Shown here: positions 45,001-60,000 of the stretch, one piece after another | Position numbering within the stretch: position 1 is the first letter of the stretch | How the letters are laid out: each line of letters opens with the position of its first letter | NCBI GenBank assembly: GCA_964016885.1 | Contig: OZ024742.1 | Location: forward strand, 15,810,001-15,874,000 | DNA: 64,000 nt | DNA from: Eledone cirrhosa | Taxonomy: Eukaryota | Direction of reading: 5' to 3' | The notes under the pieces: generated by a model | The model's database searches: none | Seen by the model: only the letters and a program-made list of their open reading frames with translations | What the model was told of the DNA's origin: nothing | Made by a program: the position numbers and the translations under genes

Positions 45001-48000
45001 GTAGAGACTTTAGGTTTGGATTTGTGTGAGATATTGTTTAGTATACAGTAGAGACTTTAGGTTTGGATTTGTGTGAGATATTGTTTTGTATACAGTAGAG
45101 ACTTTAGGTTTGGATTTGTGTGAGATATTGTTTTGTATACAGTAGAGACTTTAGGTTTGTATTTGTGTGAGATATTGTTTAGTACACAGTAGAGACTTTA
45201 GGTTTGGATTTGTGTGAGATATTGTTTAGTATACAGTAGAGACTTTAGGTTTGGATTTGTGTGAGATATTGTTTAGTATACAGTAGAGACTTTAGGTTTG
45301 GATTTGTGTGAGATATTGTTTAGTATACAGTAGAGACTTTAGGTTTGGATTTGTGTGAGATATTGTTTAGTATACAGTAGAGACTCTAGGTTTGGATTTG
45401 TGTGAGATATTGTTTAGTACACAGTAGAGACTTTAGGTTTGGATTTGTGTGAGATATTGTTTAGTATACAGTAGAGACTTTAGGGTTGGATTTGTGGGAG
45501 CTATTGTTTAGTATACAGTAGAGACTTTAGGTTTGGATTTGTGTGAGATATTGTTTTGTATACAGTAGAGACTTTAGGTTTGGATTTGTGTGAGATATTG
45601 TTTAGTATACATTAGAGACTTTAGGTTTGGATTTGTGTGAGATATTGTTTAGTATATAGTAGAGACTTTAGGTTTGGATTTGTGTGAGATATTGTTTAGT
45701 ATACAGTAGAGACTTAAGTTTTGGATTTGTGTGAGATATTGTTTAGTATACAGTAGAGACTTTAGGGTTGGATTTGTGTGAGATATTGTTTAGTATACAG
45801 TAGAGACTTTAGGTTTGGATTTGTGTGAGATATTGTTTAGTATACAGTAGAGACTTTAGGTTTGGATTTGTGTGAGATATTGTTTAGTATACAGTAGAGA
45901 CTTTAGGGTTGGATTTGTGTGAGCTATTGTTTAGTATACAGTAGAGACTTTAGGTTTGGATTTGTGTGAGATATTGTTTAGTATACAGTAGAGACTTTAG
46001 GTTTGGATTTGTGTGTGATATTGTTTAGTATACATTAGAGACTTTAGGTTTGGATTTGTGTGAGATATTGTTTAGTATATAGTAGAGACTTTAGGTTTGG
46101 ATTTGTGTGAGATATTGTTTAGTATATAGTAGAGACTTTAGGTTTGGATTTGTGTGAGATATTGTTTAGTATACAGTAGAGACTTTAGGGTTGGATTTGT
46201 GTGAGATATTGTTTAGTATACAGTAGAGACTTTAGGTTTGGATTTGTGTGAGATATTGTTTAGTATACAGTAGAGACTTTAGGTTTGGATTTGTGTGAGA
46301 TATTGTTTTGTATACAGTAGAGACTTTAGGTTTGGATTTGTGTGAGATATTGTTTAGTACACAGTAGAGACTTTAGGTTTGGATTTGTGTGAGATATTGT
46401 TTAGTATATAGTAGAGACTTTAGGTTTGGATTTGTGTGAGATATTGTTTAGTATACAGTAGAGACTTTAGATTTCGATTTTTGTGAGATATTGTTTAGTA
46501 TACAGTAGAGACTTTAGGTTTGGATTTGTGTGAGATATTGTTTAGTATACAGTAGAGACTTTAGGTTTGGATTTGTGTGAGATATTGTTTAGTATACAGT
46601 AGAGACTTAAGTTTTGGATTTGTGTGAGATATTGTTTAGTATACAGTAGAGACTTTAGGGTTGGATTTGTGTGAGATATTGTTTAGTATACAGTAGAGAC
46701 TTTAGGTTTGGATTTGTGTGAGATATTGTTTAGTATACAGTAGAGACTTTAGGTTTGGATTTGTGTGAGATATTGTTTAGTACACAGTAGAGACTTTAGG
46801 TTTGGATTTGTGTGAGATATTGTTTAGTATACAGTAGAGACTTTAGGTTTGGATTTGTGTGAGATATTGTTTAGTATACAGTAGAGACTTTAGGTTTGGA
46901 TTTGTGTGAGATATTGTTTTGTATACAGTAGAGACTTTAGGTTTGGATTTGTGTGAGATATTGTTTAGTACACAGTAGAGACTTTAGGTTTGGATTTGTG
47001 TGAGATATTGTTTAGTATACAGTAGAGACGTTAGGTTTGGATTTGTGTGAGATATTGTTTAGTATACAGTAGAGACTTTAGGTTTGGATTTGTGTGAGAT
47101 ATTGTTTAGTACACAGTAGAGACTTTAGGTTTGGATTTGTGTGAGATATTGTTTAGTATACAGTAGAGACTTTAGGTTTGGATTTGTGTGAGATATTGTT
47201 TAGTATACAGTAGAGACTTTAGGTTTGGATTTGTGTGAGATATTGTTTAGTATATAGTAGAGACTTTAGGTTTGGATTTGTGTGAGATATTATTTAGTAT
47301 ACAGTAGAGACTTTAGGTTTCGATTTGTGTGAGATATTGTTTAGTATACAGTAGAGACTTTATGTTTGGATTTGTGTGAGATATTGTTTAGTATACAGTA
47401 GAGACTTTAGGTTTGTATTTGTGTGTCATATTGTTTAGTACACAATAGAGGCTTTAGGTTTGGATTTGTGTGAGATATTGTTTAGTATACAGTAGAGACT
47501 TTAGGTTTGGATTTGTGTGAGATATTTTTTAGTATACAGTAGAGACTCTATTTTTGGAATTGTGTGAGATATTGTTTAGTATACAGTAGAGACTTTAGGT
47601 TTCGATTTGTGTGAGATATTGTTTAGTATACAGTAGAGACTTTAGGTTTGGATTTGTGTGAGATATTGTTTAGTATACAGTAGAGACTTTAGATTTCGAT
47701 TTTTGTGAGATATTGTTTAGTATACAGTAGAGACTTTAGGTTTGGATTTGTGTGAGATATTGTTTAGTATACAGTAGAGACTTTAGGTTTGGATTTGTGT
47801 GAGATATTGTTTAGTACACAGTAGAGACTTTAGGTTTGGATTTGTGTGAGATATTGTTTAGTATATAGTAGAGACTTTAGGTTTGGATTTGTGTGAGATA
47901 TTGTTTAGTATACAGTAGAGACTTTAGGGTTGGATTTGTGTGAGATATTGTTTAGTATACAGTAGAGACTTTAGGTTTGGATTTGTGTGAGATATTGTAT

Positions 48001-51000
48001 AGTATACAGTAGAGACTTTAGGTTTGGATTTGTGTGAGATATTGTTTTGTATACAGTAGAGACTTTAGGTTTGGATTTGTGTGAGATATTGTTTAGTACA
48101 CAGTAGAGACTTTAGGTTTGGATTTGTGTGAGATATTGTTTAGTATACAGTAGAGACTTTAGGTTTGGATTTGTGTGAGATATTGTTTAGTATACAGTAG
48201 AGACTTTAGGGTTGGATTTGTGTGAGATATTGTTTAGTATACAGTAGAGACTTTAGGTTTGGATTTGTGTGAGATATTGTTTAGTATACAGTAGAGACTC
48301 TAGGTTTGGATTTGTGTGAGATATTGTTTAGTACACAGTAGAGGCTTTAGGTTTGGATTTGTGTGAGATATTGTTTAGTATACAGTAGAGACTTTAGGGT
48401 TGGATTTGTGTGAGCTATTGTTTAGTATACAGTAGAGACTTTAGGTTTGGATTTGTGTGAGATATTGTTTTGTATACAGTAGAGACTGTAGGTTTGGATT
48501 TGTGTGAGATATTGTTTAGTATACATTAGAGACTTTAGGTTTGGATTTGTGTGAGATATTGTTTAGTATATAGTAGAGACTTTAGGTTTGGATTTGTGTG
48601 AGATATTGTTTAGTATACAGTAGAGACTTAAGTTTTGGATTTGTGTGAGATATTGTTTAGTATACAGTAGAGACTTTAGGGTTGGATTTGTGTGAGATAT
48701 TGTTTAGTATACAGTAGAGACTTTAGGTTTGGATTTGTGTGAGATATTGTTTAGTATACAGTAGAGACTTTAGGTTTGGATTTGTGTGAGATATTGTTTA
48801 GTATACAGTAGAGACTTTAGGGTTGGATTTGTGTGAGCTATTGTTTAGTATACAGTAGAGACTTTAGGTTTGGATTTGTGTGAGATATTGTTTAGTATAC
48901 AGTAGAGACTTTAGGTTTGGATTTGTGTGTGATATTGTTTAGTATACATTAGAGACTTTAGGTTTGGATTTGTGTGAGATATTGTTTAGTATATAGTAGA
49001 GACTTTAGGTTTGGATTTGTGTGAGATATTGTTTAGTATACAGTAGAGACTTTAGGGTTGGATTTGTGTGAGATATTGTTTAGTATACAGTAGAGACTTT
49101 AGGTTTGGATTTGTGTGAGATATTGTTTAGTATACAGTAGAGACTTTAGGTTTGGATTTGTGTGAGATATTGTTTTGTATACAGTAGAGACTTTAGGTTT
49201 GGATTTGTGTGAGATATTGTTTAGTACACAGTAGAGACTTTAGGTTTGGATTTGTGTGAGATATTGTTTAGTATATAGTAGAGACTTTAGGTTTGGATTT
49301 GTGTGAGATATTGTTTAGTATACAGTAGAGACTTTAGATTTCGATTTTTGTGAGATATTGTTTAGTATACGGTAGAGACTTTAGGTTTCGATTTGTGTGA
49401 GATATTGTTTAGTATACAGTAGAGACTTTAGGTTTGGATTTGTGTGAGATATTGTTTAGTATACAGTAGAGACTTAAGTTTTGGATTTGTGTGAGATATT
49501 GTTTAGTATACAGTAGAGACTTTAGGGTTGGATTTGTGTGAGATATTGTTTAGTATACAGTAGAGACTTTAGGTTTGGATTTGTGTGAGATATTGTTTAG
49601 TATACAGTAGAGACTTTAGGTTTGGATTTGTGTGAGATATTATTTAGTATACAGTAGAGACTTTAGGTTTGGATTTGTGTGAGATATTGTTTAGTACACA
49701 GTAGAGACTTTAGGTTTGGATTTGTGTGAGATATTGTTTAGTATACAGTAGAGACTTTAGGGTTGGATTTGTGTGAGCTATTGTTTAGTATACAGTAGAG
49801 ACTTTAGGTTTGGATTTGTTTGAGATATTGTTTAGTATACAGTAGAGATTTTAGGTTTGGATTTGTGTGAGATATTGTTTAGTATACAGTAGAGACTTTA
49901 GGTTTGGATTTGTGTGAGATATTGTTTAGTATACAGTAGAGACTTTAGGTTTGGATTTGTGTGAGATATTGTTTTGTATACAGTAGAGACTTTAGGTTTG
50001 GATTTGTGTGAGATATTGTTTAGTACACAGTAGAGACTTTAGGTTTGGATTTGTGTGAGATATTGTTTAGTATACAGTAGAGACGTTAGGTTTGGATTTG
50101 TGTGAGATATTGTTTAGTATACAGTAGAGACTTTAGGTTTGGATTTGTGTGAGATATTGTTTAGTACACAGTAGAGACTTTAGGTTTGGATTTGTGTGAG
50201 ATATTGTTTAGTATACAGTAGAGACTTTAGGTTTGGATTTGTGTGAGATATTGTTTAGTATACAGTAGAGACTTTAGGTTTGGATTTGTGTGAGATATTG
50301 TTTAGTATATAGTAGAGACTTTAGGTTTGGATTTGTGTGAGATATTATTTAGTATACAGTAGAGACTTTAGGTTTCGATTTGTGTGAGATATTGTTTAGT
50401 ATACAGTAGAGACTTTATGTTTGGATTTGTGTGAGATATTGTTTAGTATACAGTAGAGACTTTAGGTTTGTATTTGTGTGTCATATTGTTTAGTACACAG
50501 TAGAGGCTTTAGGTTTGGATTTGTGTGAGATATTGTTTAGTATACAGTAGAGACTTTAGGTTTGGATTTGTGTGAGATATTTTTTAGTATACAGTAGAGA
50601 CTCTATTTTTGGAATTGTGTGAGATATTGTTTAGTATACAGTAGAGACTTTAGGTTTCGATTTGTGTGAGATATTGTTTAGTATACAGTAGAGACTTTAG
50701 GTTTGGATTTGTGTGAGATATTGTTTAGTATACAGTAGAGACTTTAGATTTCGATTTTTGTGAGATATTGTTTAGTATACAGTAGAGACTTTAGGTTTGG
50801 ATTTGTGTGAGATATTGTTTAGTATACAGTAGAGACTTTAGGTTTGGATTTGTGTGAGATATTGTTTAGTACACAGTAGAGACTTTAGGTTTGGATTTGT
50901 GTGAGATATTGTTTAGTATATAGTAGAGACTTTAGGTTTGGATTTGTGTGAGATATTGTTTAGTATACAGTAGAGACTTTAGGGTTGGATTTGTGTGAGA

Positions 51001-54000
51001 TATTGTTTAGTATACAGTAGAGACTTTAGGTTTGGATTTGTGTGAGATATTGTATAGTATACAGTAGAGACTTTAGGTTTGGATTTGTGTGAGATATTGT
51101 TTTGTATACAGTAGAGACTTTAGGTTTGGATTTGTGTGAGATATTGTTTAGTACACAGTAGAGACTTTAGGTTTGGATTTGTGTGAGATATTGTTTAGTA
51201 TATAGTAGAGACTTTAGGTTTGGATTTGTGTGAGATATTGTTTAGTATACAGTAGAGACTTTAGGGTTGGATTTGTGTGAGCTATTGTTTAGTATACAGT
51301 AGAGACTTTAGGGTTGGATTTGTGTGAGCTATTGTTTAGTATACAGTAGAGACTTTAGGTTTGGATTTGTTTGAGATATTGTTTAGTATACAGTAGAGAT
51401 TTTAGGTTTGGATTTGTGTGAGATATTGTTTAGTATACAGTAGAGACTTTAGGTTTGGATTTGTGTGAGATATTGTTTAGTATACAGTAGAGACTTTAGG
51501 TTTGGATTTGTGTGAGATATTGTTTTGTATACAGTAGAGACTTTAGGTTTGGATTTGTGTGAGATATTGTTTAGTACACAGTAGAGACTTTGGGTTTGGA
51601 TTTGTGTGAGATATTGTTTAGTATACAGTAGAGACGTTAGGTTTGGATTTGTGTGAGATATTGTTTAGTATACAGTAGAGACTTTAGGTTTGGATTTGTG
51701 TGAGATATTGTTTAGTACACAGTAGAGACTTTAGGTTTGGATTTGTGTGAGATATTGTTTAGTATACAGTAGAGACTTTAGGTTTGGATTTGTGTGAGAT
51801 ATTGTTTAGTATACAGTAGAGACTTTACGTTTGGATTTGTGTGAGATATTGTTTAGTATATAGTAGAGACTTTAGGTTTGGATTTGTGTGAGATATTATT
51901 TAGTATACAGTAGAGACTTTAGGTTTCGATTTGTGTGAGATATTGTTTAGTATACAGTAGAGACTTTATGTTTGGATTTGTGTGAGATATTGTTTAGTAT
52001 ACAGTAGAGACTTTAGGTTTGTATTTGTGTGTCATATTGTTTAGTACACAGTAGAGGCTTTAGGTTTGGATTTGTGTGAGATATTGTTTAGTATACAGTA
52101 GAGACTTTAGGTTTGGATTTGTGTGAGATATTTTTTAGTATACAGTAGAGACTCTATTTTTGGAATTGTGTGAGATATTGTTTAGTATACAGTAGAGACT
52201 TTAGATTTCGATTTTTGTGAGATATTGTTTAGTATACAGTAGAGACTTTAGGTTTGGATTTGTGTGAGATATTGTTTAGTACACAGTAGAGACTTTAGGT
52301 TTGGATTTGTGTGAGATATTGTTTAGTATATAGTAGAGACTTTAGGTTTGGATTTGTGTGAGATATTGTTTAGTATACAGTAGAGACTTTAGGGTTGGAT
52401 TTGTGTGAGATATTGTTAAGTATACAGTAGAGACTTTAGGTTTGGATTTGTGTGAGATATTGTATAGTATACAGTAGAGACTTTAGGTTTGGATTTGTGT
52501 GAGATATTGTTTTGTATACAGTAGAGACTTTAGGTTTGGATTTGTGTGAGATATTGTTTAGTACACAGTAGAGACTTTAGGTTTGGATTTGTGTGAGATA
52601 TTGTTTAGTATATAGTAGAGACTTTAGGTTTGGATTTGTGTGAGATATTGTTTAGTATACAGTAGAGACTTTAGGGTTGGATTTGTGTGAGCTATTGTTT
52701 AGTATACAGTAGAGACTTTAGGGTTGGATTTGTGTGAGCTATTGTTTAGTATACAGTAGAGACTTTAGGTTTGGATTTGTTTGAGATATTGTTTAGTATA
52801 CAGTAGAGATTTTAGGTTTGGATTTGTGTGAGATATTGTTTAGTATACAGTAGAGACTTTAGGTTTGGATTTGTGTGAGATATTGTTTAGTATACAGTAG
52901 AGACTTTAGGTTTGGATTTGTGTGAGATATTGTTTTGTATACAGTAGAGACTTTAGGTTTGGATTTGTGTGAGATATTGTTTAGTACACAGTAGAGACTT
53001 TGGGTTTGGATTTGTGTGAGATATTGTTTAGTATACAGTAGAGACGTTAGGTTTGGATTTGTGTGAGATATTGTTTAGTATACAGTAGAGACTTTAGGTT
53101 TGGATTTGTGTGAGATATTGTTTAGTACACAGTAGAGACTTTAGGTTTGGATTTGTGTGAGATATTGTTTAGTATACAGTAGAGACTTTAGGTTTGGATT
53201 TGTGTGAGATATTGTTTAGTATACAGTAGAGACTTTACGTTTGGATTTGTGTGAGATATTGTTTAGTATATAGTAGAGACTTTAGGTTTGGATTTGTGTG
53301 AGATATTATTTAGTATACAGTAGAGACTTTAGGTTTCGATTTGTGTGAGATATTGTTTAGTATACAGTAGAGACTTTATGTTTGGATTTGTGTGAGATAT
53401 TGTTTAGTATACAGTAGAGACTTTAGGTTTGTATTTGTGTGTCATATTGTTTAGTACACAGTAGAGGCTTTAGGTTTGGATTTGTGTGAGATATTGTTTA
53501 GTATACAGTAGAGACTTTAGGTTTGGATTTGTGTGAGATATTTTTTAGTATACAGTAGAGACTCTATTTTTGGAATTGTGTGAGATATTGTTTAGTATAC
53601 AGTAGAGACTTTAGATTTCGATTTTTGTGAGATATTGTTTAGTATACAGTAGAGACTTTAGGTTTGGATTTGTGTGAGATATTGTTTAGTATACAGTAGA
53701 GACTTTAGGTTTGGATTTGTGTGAGATATTGTTTAGTACACAGTAGAGACTTTAGGTTTGGATTTGTGTGAGATATTGTTTAGTATATAGTAGAGACTTT
53801 AGGTTTGGATTTGTGTGAGATATTGTTTAGTATACAGTAGAGACTTTAGGGTTGGATTTGTGTGAGATATTGTTTAGTATACAGTAGAGATTTTAGGTTT
53901 GGATTTGTGTGAGATATTGTATAGTATACAGTAGAGACTTTAGGTTTGGATTTGTGTGAGATATTGTTTTGTATACAGTAGAGACTTTAGGTTTGGATTT

Positions 54001-57000
54001 GTGTGAGATATTGTTTAGTACACAGTAGAGACTTTAGGTTTGGATTTGTGTGAGATATTGTTTAGTATATAGTAGAGACTTTAGGTTTGGATTTGTGTGA
54101 GATATTGTTTAGTATACAGTAGAGACTTTAGGGTTGGATTTGTGTGAGCTATTGTTTAGTATACAGTAGAGACTTTAGGTTTGGATTTGTGTGAGATATT
54201 GTTTTGTATACAGTAGAGACTTTAGGTTTGGATTTGTGTGAGATATTGTTTAGTATACATTAGAGACTTTAGGTTTGGATTTGTGTGAGATATTGTTTAG
54301 TATATAGTAGAGACTTTAGGTTTGGATTTGTGTGAGATATTGTTTAGTATACAGTAGAGACTTAAGTTTTGGATTTGTGTGAGATATTGTTTAGTATACA
54401 GTAGAGACTTTAGGGTTGGATTTGTGTGAGATATTGTTTAGTATACAGTAGAGACTTTAGGTTTGGATTTGTGTGAGATATTGTTTAGTATACAGTAGAG
54501 ACTTTAGGTTTGGATTTGTGTGAGATATTGTTTAGTATACAGTAGAGACTTTAGGGTTGGATTTGTGTGAGCTATTGTTTAGTATACAGTAGAGTCTTTA
54601 GGTTTGGATTTGTGTGAGATATTGTTTAGTATACAGTAGAGACTTTAGGTTAGGATTTGTGTGAGATATTGTTTAGTATACATTAGAGACTTTAGGTTTG
54701 GATTTGTGTGAGATATTGTTTAGTATATAGTAGAGACTTTAGGTTTGGATTTGTGTGAGATATTGTTTAGTATACAGTAGAGACTTTAGGTTTCGATTTT
54801 TGTGAGATATTGTTTAGTATACAGTAGAGACTTTAGGTTTGGATTTGTGTGAGATATTGTTTAGTATACAGTAGAGACTTTAGGTTTGGATTTGTGTGAG
54901 ATATTGTTTAGTATACAGTAGAGACTTAAGTTTTGGATTTGTGTGAGATATTGTTTAGTATACAGTAGAGACTTTAGGGTTGGATTTGTGTGAGATATTG
55001 TTTAGTATACAGTAGAGACTTTAGGTTTGGATTTGTGTGAGATATTGTATAGTATACAGTAGAGACTTTAGGTTTGGATTTGTGTGAGATATTGTTTTGT
55101 ATACAGTAGAGACTTTAGGTTTGGATTTGTGTGAGATATTGTTTAGTACACAGTAGAGACTTTAGGTTTGGATTTGTGTGAGATATTGTTTAGTATATAG
55201 TAGAGATTTAGGTTTGGATTTGTGTGAGATATTGTTTAGTATACAGTAGAGACTTTAGATTTCGATTTTTGTGAGATATTGTTTAGTATACAGTAGAGAC
55301 TTTAGGTTTGGATTTGTGTGAGATATTGTTTAGTATACAGTAGAGACTTTAGGTTTGGATTTGTGTGAGATATTGTTTAGTATACAGTAGAGACTTAAGT
55401 TTTGGATTTGTGTGAGATATTGTTTAGTATACAGTAGAGACTTTAGGGTTGGATTTGTGTGAGATATTGTTTAGTATACAGTAGAGACTTTAGGTTTGGA
55501 TTTGTGTGAGATATTGTTTAGTATACAGTAGAGACTTTAGGTTTGGATTTGTGTGAGATATTGTTTTGTATACAGTAGAGACTTTAGGTTTGGACTTGTG
55601 TGAGATATTGTTTAGTACACAGTAGAGACTTTAGGTTTGGATTTGTGTGAGATATTGTTTAGTATACAGTAGAGACTTTAGGTTTGGATTTGTGTGAGAT
55701 ATTGTTTAGTATACAGTAGAGACTTTAGGGTTGGATTTGTGTGAGATATTGTTTAGTATACAGTAGAGACTTTAGGTTTGGATTTGTGTGAGATATTGTT
55801 TAGTATACAGTAGAGACTTTAGGTTTGGATTTGTGTGAGATATTGTTTAGTATACAGTAGAGACTTTAGGTTTGGATTTGTGTGAGATATTGTTTAGTAT
55901 ACAGTAGAGACTTTAGGTTTGGATTTGTGTGAGATATTGTTTAGTATACAGTAGAGACTTTAGGTTTGGATTTGTGTGAGTTATTGTTTAGTACACAGTA
56001 GAGACTTTAGGTTTGGATTTGTGTGAGATATTGTTTAGTATACAGTAGAGACTTTAGGGTTGGATTTGTGTGAGATATTGTTTTGTATACAGTATAGACT
56101 TTAGGTTTGGATTTGTGTGAGATATTGTTTAGTACACAGTAGAGACTTTAGGTTTGGATTTGTGTGAGATATTGTTTAGTATACAGTAGAGACTTTAGGT
56201 TTGGATTTGTGTGAGATATTGTTTAGTATACAGTAGAGACTTTAGGTTTGGATTTGTGTGAGATATTGTTTAGTATACAGTAGAGACTTTAGGTTTGGAT
56301 TTGTGTGAGATATTGTTTTGTATACAGTAGAGACTTTAGGTTTGGATTTGTGTGAGATATTGTTTAGTACACAGTAGAGACTTTAGGTTTGGATTTGTGT
56401 GAGATATTGTTTAGTATACAGTAGAGACGTTAGGTTTGGATTTGTGTGAGATATTGTTTAGTATACAGTAGAGACTTTAGGTTTGGATTTGTGTGAGATA
56501 TTGTTTAGTACACAGTAGAGACTTTAGGTTTGGATTTGTGTGAGATATTGTTTAGTATACAGTAGAGACTTTAGGTTTGGATTTGTGTGAGATATTGTTT
56601 AGTATATAGTAGAGACTTTAGGTTTGGATTTGTGTGAGATATTGTTTAGTATACAGTAGAGACTTTAGGTTTCGATTTGTGTGAGATATTGTTTAGTATA
56701 CAGTAGAGACTTTATGTTTGGATTTGTGTGAGATATTGTTTATTATACAGTAGAGACTTTAGGTTTGTATTTGTGTGTCATATTGTTTAGTACACAGCAG
56801 AGGCTTTAGGTTTGGATTTGTGTGAGATATTGTTTAGTATACAGTAGAGACTTTAGGTTTGGATTTGTGTGAGATACTTTTTAGTATACAGTAGAGACTC
56901 TATTTTTGGAATTGTGTGAGATATTGTTTAGTATACAGTAGAGACTTTAGGTTTCGATTTGTGTGAGGTATTGTTTAGTATACAGTAGAGACTTTAGGTT

Positions 57001-60000
57001 TGGATTTGTGTGAGATATTGTTTAGTATACAGTAGAGACTTTAGGTTTGGATTTGTGTGAGATATTGTTTAGTACACAGTAGAGACTTTAGGTTTGGATT
57101 TGTGTGAGATATTGTTTACTATACAGTAGAGACTTTAGGTTTCGATTTGTGTGAGATATTGTTTAGTATACCGTAGAGACTTTAGGTTTGGATTTGTGTG
57201 AGATATTGTTTAGTATACAGTAGAGACTTTAGGTTTGGATTTGTGTGAGATATTGTTTTGTATACAGTAGAGACTTTAGGTTTGGATTTGTGTGAGATAT
57301 TGTTTTGTATACAGTAGAGACTTTAGGTTTGGATTTTTGTGAGATATTGTTTAGTACACAGTAGAGACTTTAGGTTTGGATTTGTGTGAGATATTGTTTA
57401 GTATACAGTAGAGACTTTAGGTTTGGATTTGTGTGAGATATTGTTTAGTATACAGTAGAGACTTTAGGTTTGGATTTGTGTGAGATATTGTTTAGTATAC
57501 AGTAGAGACTTTAGGTTTGGATTTGTGTGAGATATTGTTTAGTATACAGTAGAGACTTTAGGTTTGGATTTGTGTGAGATATTGTTTAGTACACAGTAGA
57601 GACTTTAGGTTTGGATTTGTGTGAGATATTGTTTAGTATATAGTAGAGACTTTAGGGTTGGATTTGTGTGAGCTATTGTTTAGTATACAGTAGAGACTTT
57701 AGGTTTGGATTTGTGTGAGATATTGTTTAGTATACAGTAGAGACTTTAGGTTTGGATTTGTGTGAGATATTGTTTAGTATACATTAGAGACTTTAGGTTT
57801 GGATTTGTGTGAGATATTGTTTAGTATATAGTAGGGACTTTAGGTTTGGATTTGTGTGAGATATTGTTTAGTATACAGTAGAGACTTTAGGTTTCGATTT
57901 TTGTGAGATATTGTTTAGTATACAGTAGAGACTTTAGGTTTGGATTTGTGTGAGATATTGTTTAGTATACAGTAGAGACTTTAGGTTTGGATTTGTGTGA
58001 GATATTGTTTAGTATACAGTAGAGACTTAAGTTTTGGATTTGTGTGAGATATTGTTTAGTATACAGTAGAGACTTTAGGGTTGGATTTGTGTGAGATATT
58101 GTTTAGTATACAGTAGAGACTTTAGGTTTGGATTTGTGTGAGATATTTTTTAGTATACAGTAGAGACTTTAGGTTTGGATTTGTGTGAGATATTGTTTTG
58201 TATACAGTAGAGACTTTAGGTTTGGATTTGTGTGAGATATTGTTTAGTTAACAGTAGAGACTTTAGGTTTGGATTTGTGTGAGATATTGTTTAGTATACA
58301 GTAGAGACGTTAGGTTTGGATTTGTGTGAGATATTGTTTAGTATACAGTAGAGACTTTAGGTTTGGATTTGTGTGAGATATTGTTTAGTACACAGTAGAG
58401 ACTTTATGTTTGGATTTGTGTGAGATATTGTTTAGTATACAGTAGAGACTTTAGGTCTGGATTTGTGTGAGATATTGTTTAGTATATAGTAGAGACTTTA
58501 GGTTTGGATTTGTGTGAGATATTGTTTAGTATACAGTAGAGACTTTAGGTTTCGATTTGTGTGAGATATTGTTTAGTATACAGTAGAGACTTTATGTTTG
58601 GATTTGTGTGAGATATTGTTTAGTATACAGTAGAGACTTTAGGTTTGTATTTGTGTGTCATATCGTTTAGTACACAGTAGAGGCTTTAGGTTTGGATTTG
58701 TGTGAGATATTTTTTAGTATACAGTAGAGACTTTAGGTTTGGATTTGTGTGAGATACTTTTTAGTATACAGTAGAGACTCTATTTTTGGAATATTGTGAG
58801 ATATTGTTTAGTATACAGTAGAGACTTTAGGTTTCGATTTGTGTGAGATATTGTTTAGTATACAGTAGAGACTTTAGGTTTGGATTTGTGTGAGATATTG
58901 TTTAGTATACAGTAGAGACTTTAGGTTTGGATTTGTGTGATATATTGTTTAGTACACAGTAGAGACTTTAGGTTTGGATTTGTGTGAGATATTGTTTAGT
59001 ATACAGTAGAGACTTTAGGTTTGGATTTGTGTGAGATATTGTTTAGTATATAGTAGAGACTTTAGGTTTGGATTTGTGTGAGATATTGTTTAGTATACAG
59101 TAGAGACTTTAGGTTTCGATTTGTGTGAGATATTGATTAGTATACAGTAGAGACTTTAGGTTTGGATTTGTGTGAGATATTGTTTAGTATACAGTAGAGA
59201 CTTTATGTTTGGATTTGTGTGAGATATTGTTTAGTATACAGTAGAGACTTTAGGTTTGTATTTGTGTGTCATATTGTTTAGTACACAGTAGAGGCTTTAG
59301 GTTTGGATTTGTGTGAGATATTGTTTAGTATACAGTAGAGACTTTAGGTTTGGATTTGTGTGAGATATTGTTTAGTTAACAGTAGAGACTTTAGGTTTGG
59401 ATTTGTGTGAGATATTGTTTAGTATACAGTAGAGACGTTAGGTTTGGATTTGTGTGAGATATTGTTTAGTATACAGTAGAGACTTTAGGTTTGGATTTGT
59501 GTGAGATATTGTTTAGTACACAGTAGAGACTTTATGTTTGGATTTGTGTGAGATATTGTTTAGTATACAGTAGAGACTTTAGGTTTGGATTTGTGTGAGA
59601 TATTGTTTAGTATATAGTAGAGACTTTAGGTTTGGATTTGTGTGAGATATTGTTTAGTATACAGTAGAGACTTTAGGTTTCGATTTGTGTGAGATATTGT
59701 TTAGTATACAGTAGAGACTTTATGTTTGGATTTGTGTGAGATATTGTTTAGTATACAGTAGAGACTTTAGGTTTGTATTTGTGTGTCATATCGTTTAGTA
59801 CACAGTAGAGGCTTTAGGTTTGGATTTGTGTGAGATATTTTTTAGTATACAGTAGAGACTTTAGGTTTGGATTTGTGTGAGATACTTTTTAGTATACAGT
59901 AGAGACTCTATTTTTGGAATTGTGTGAGATATTGTTTAGTATACAGTAGAGACTTTAGGTTTCGATTTGTGTGAGATATTGTTTTGTATACAGTAGAGAC

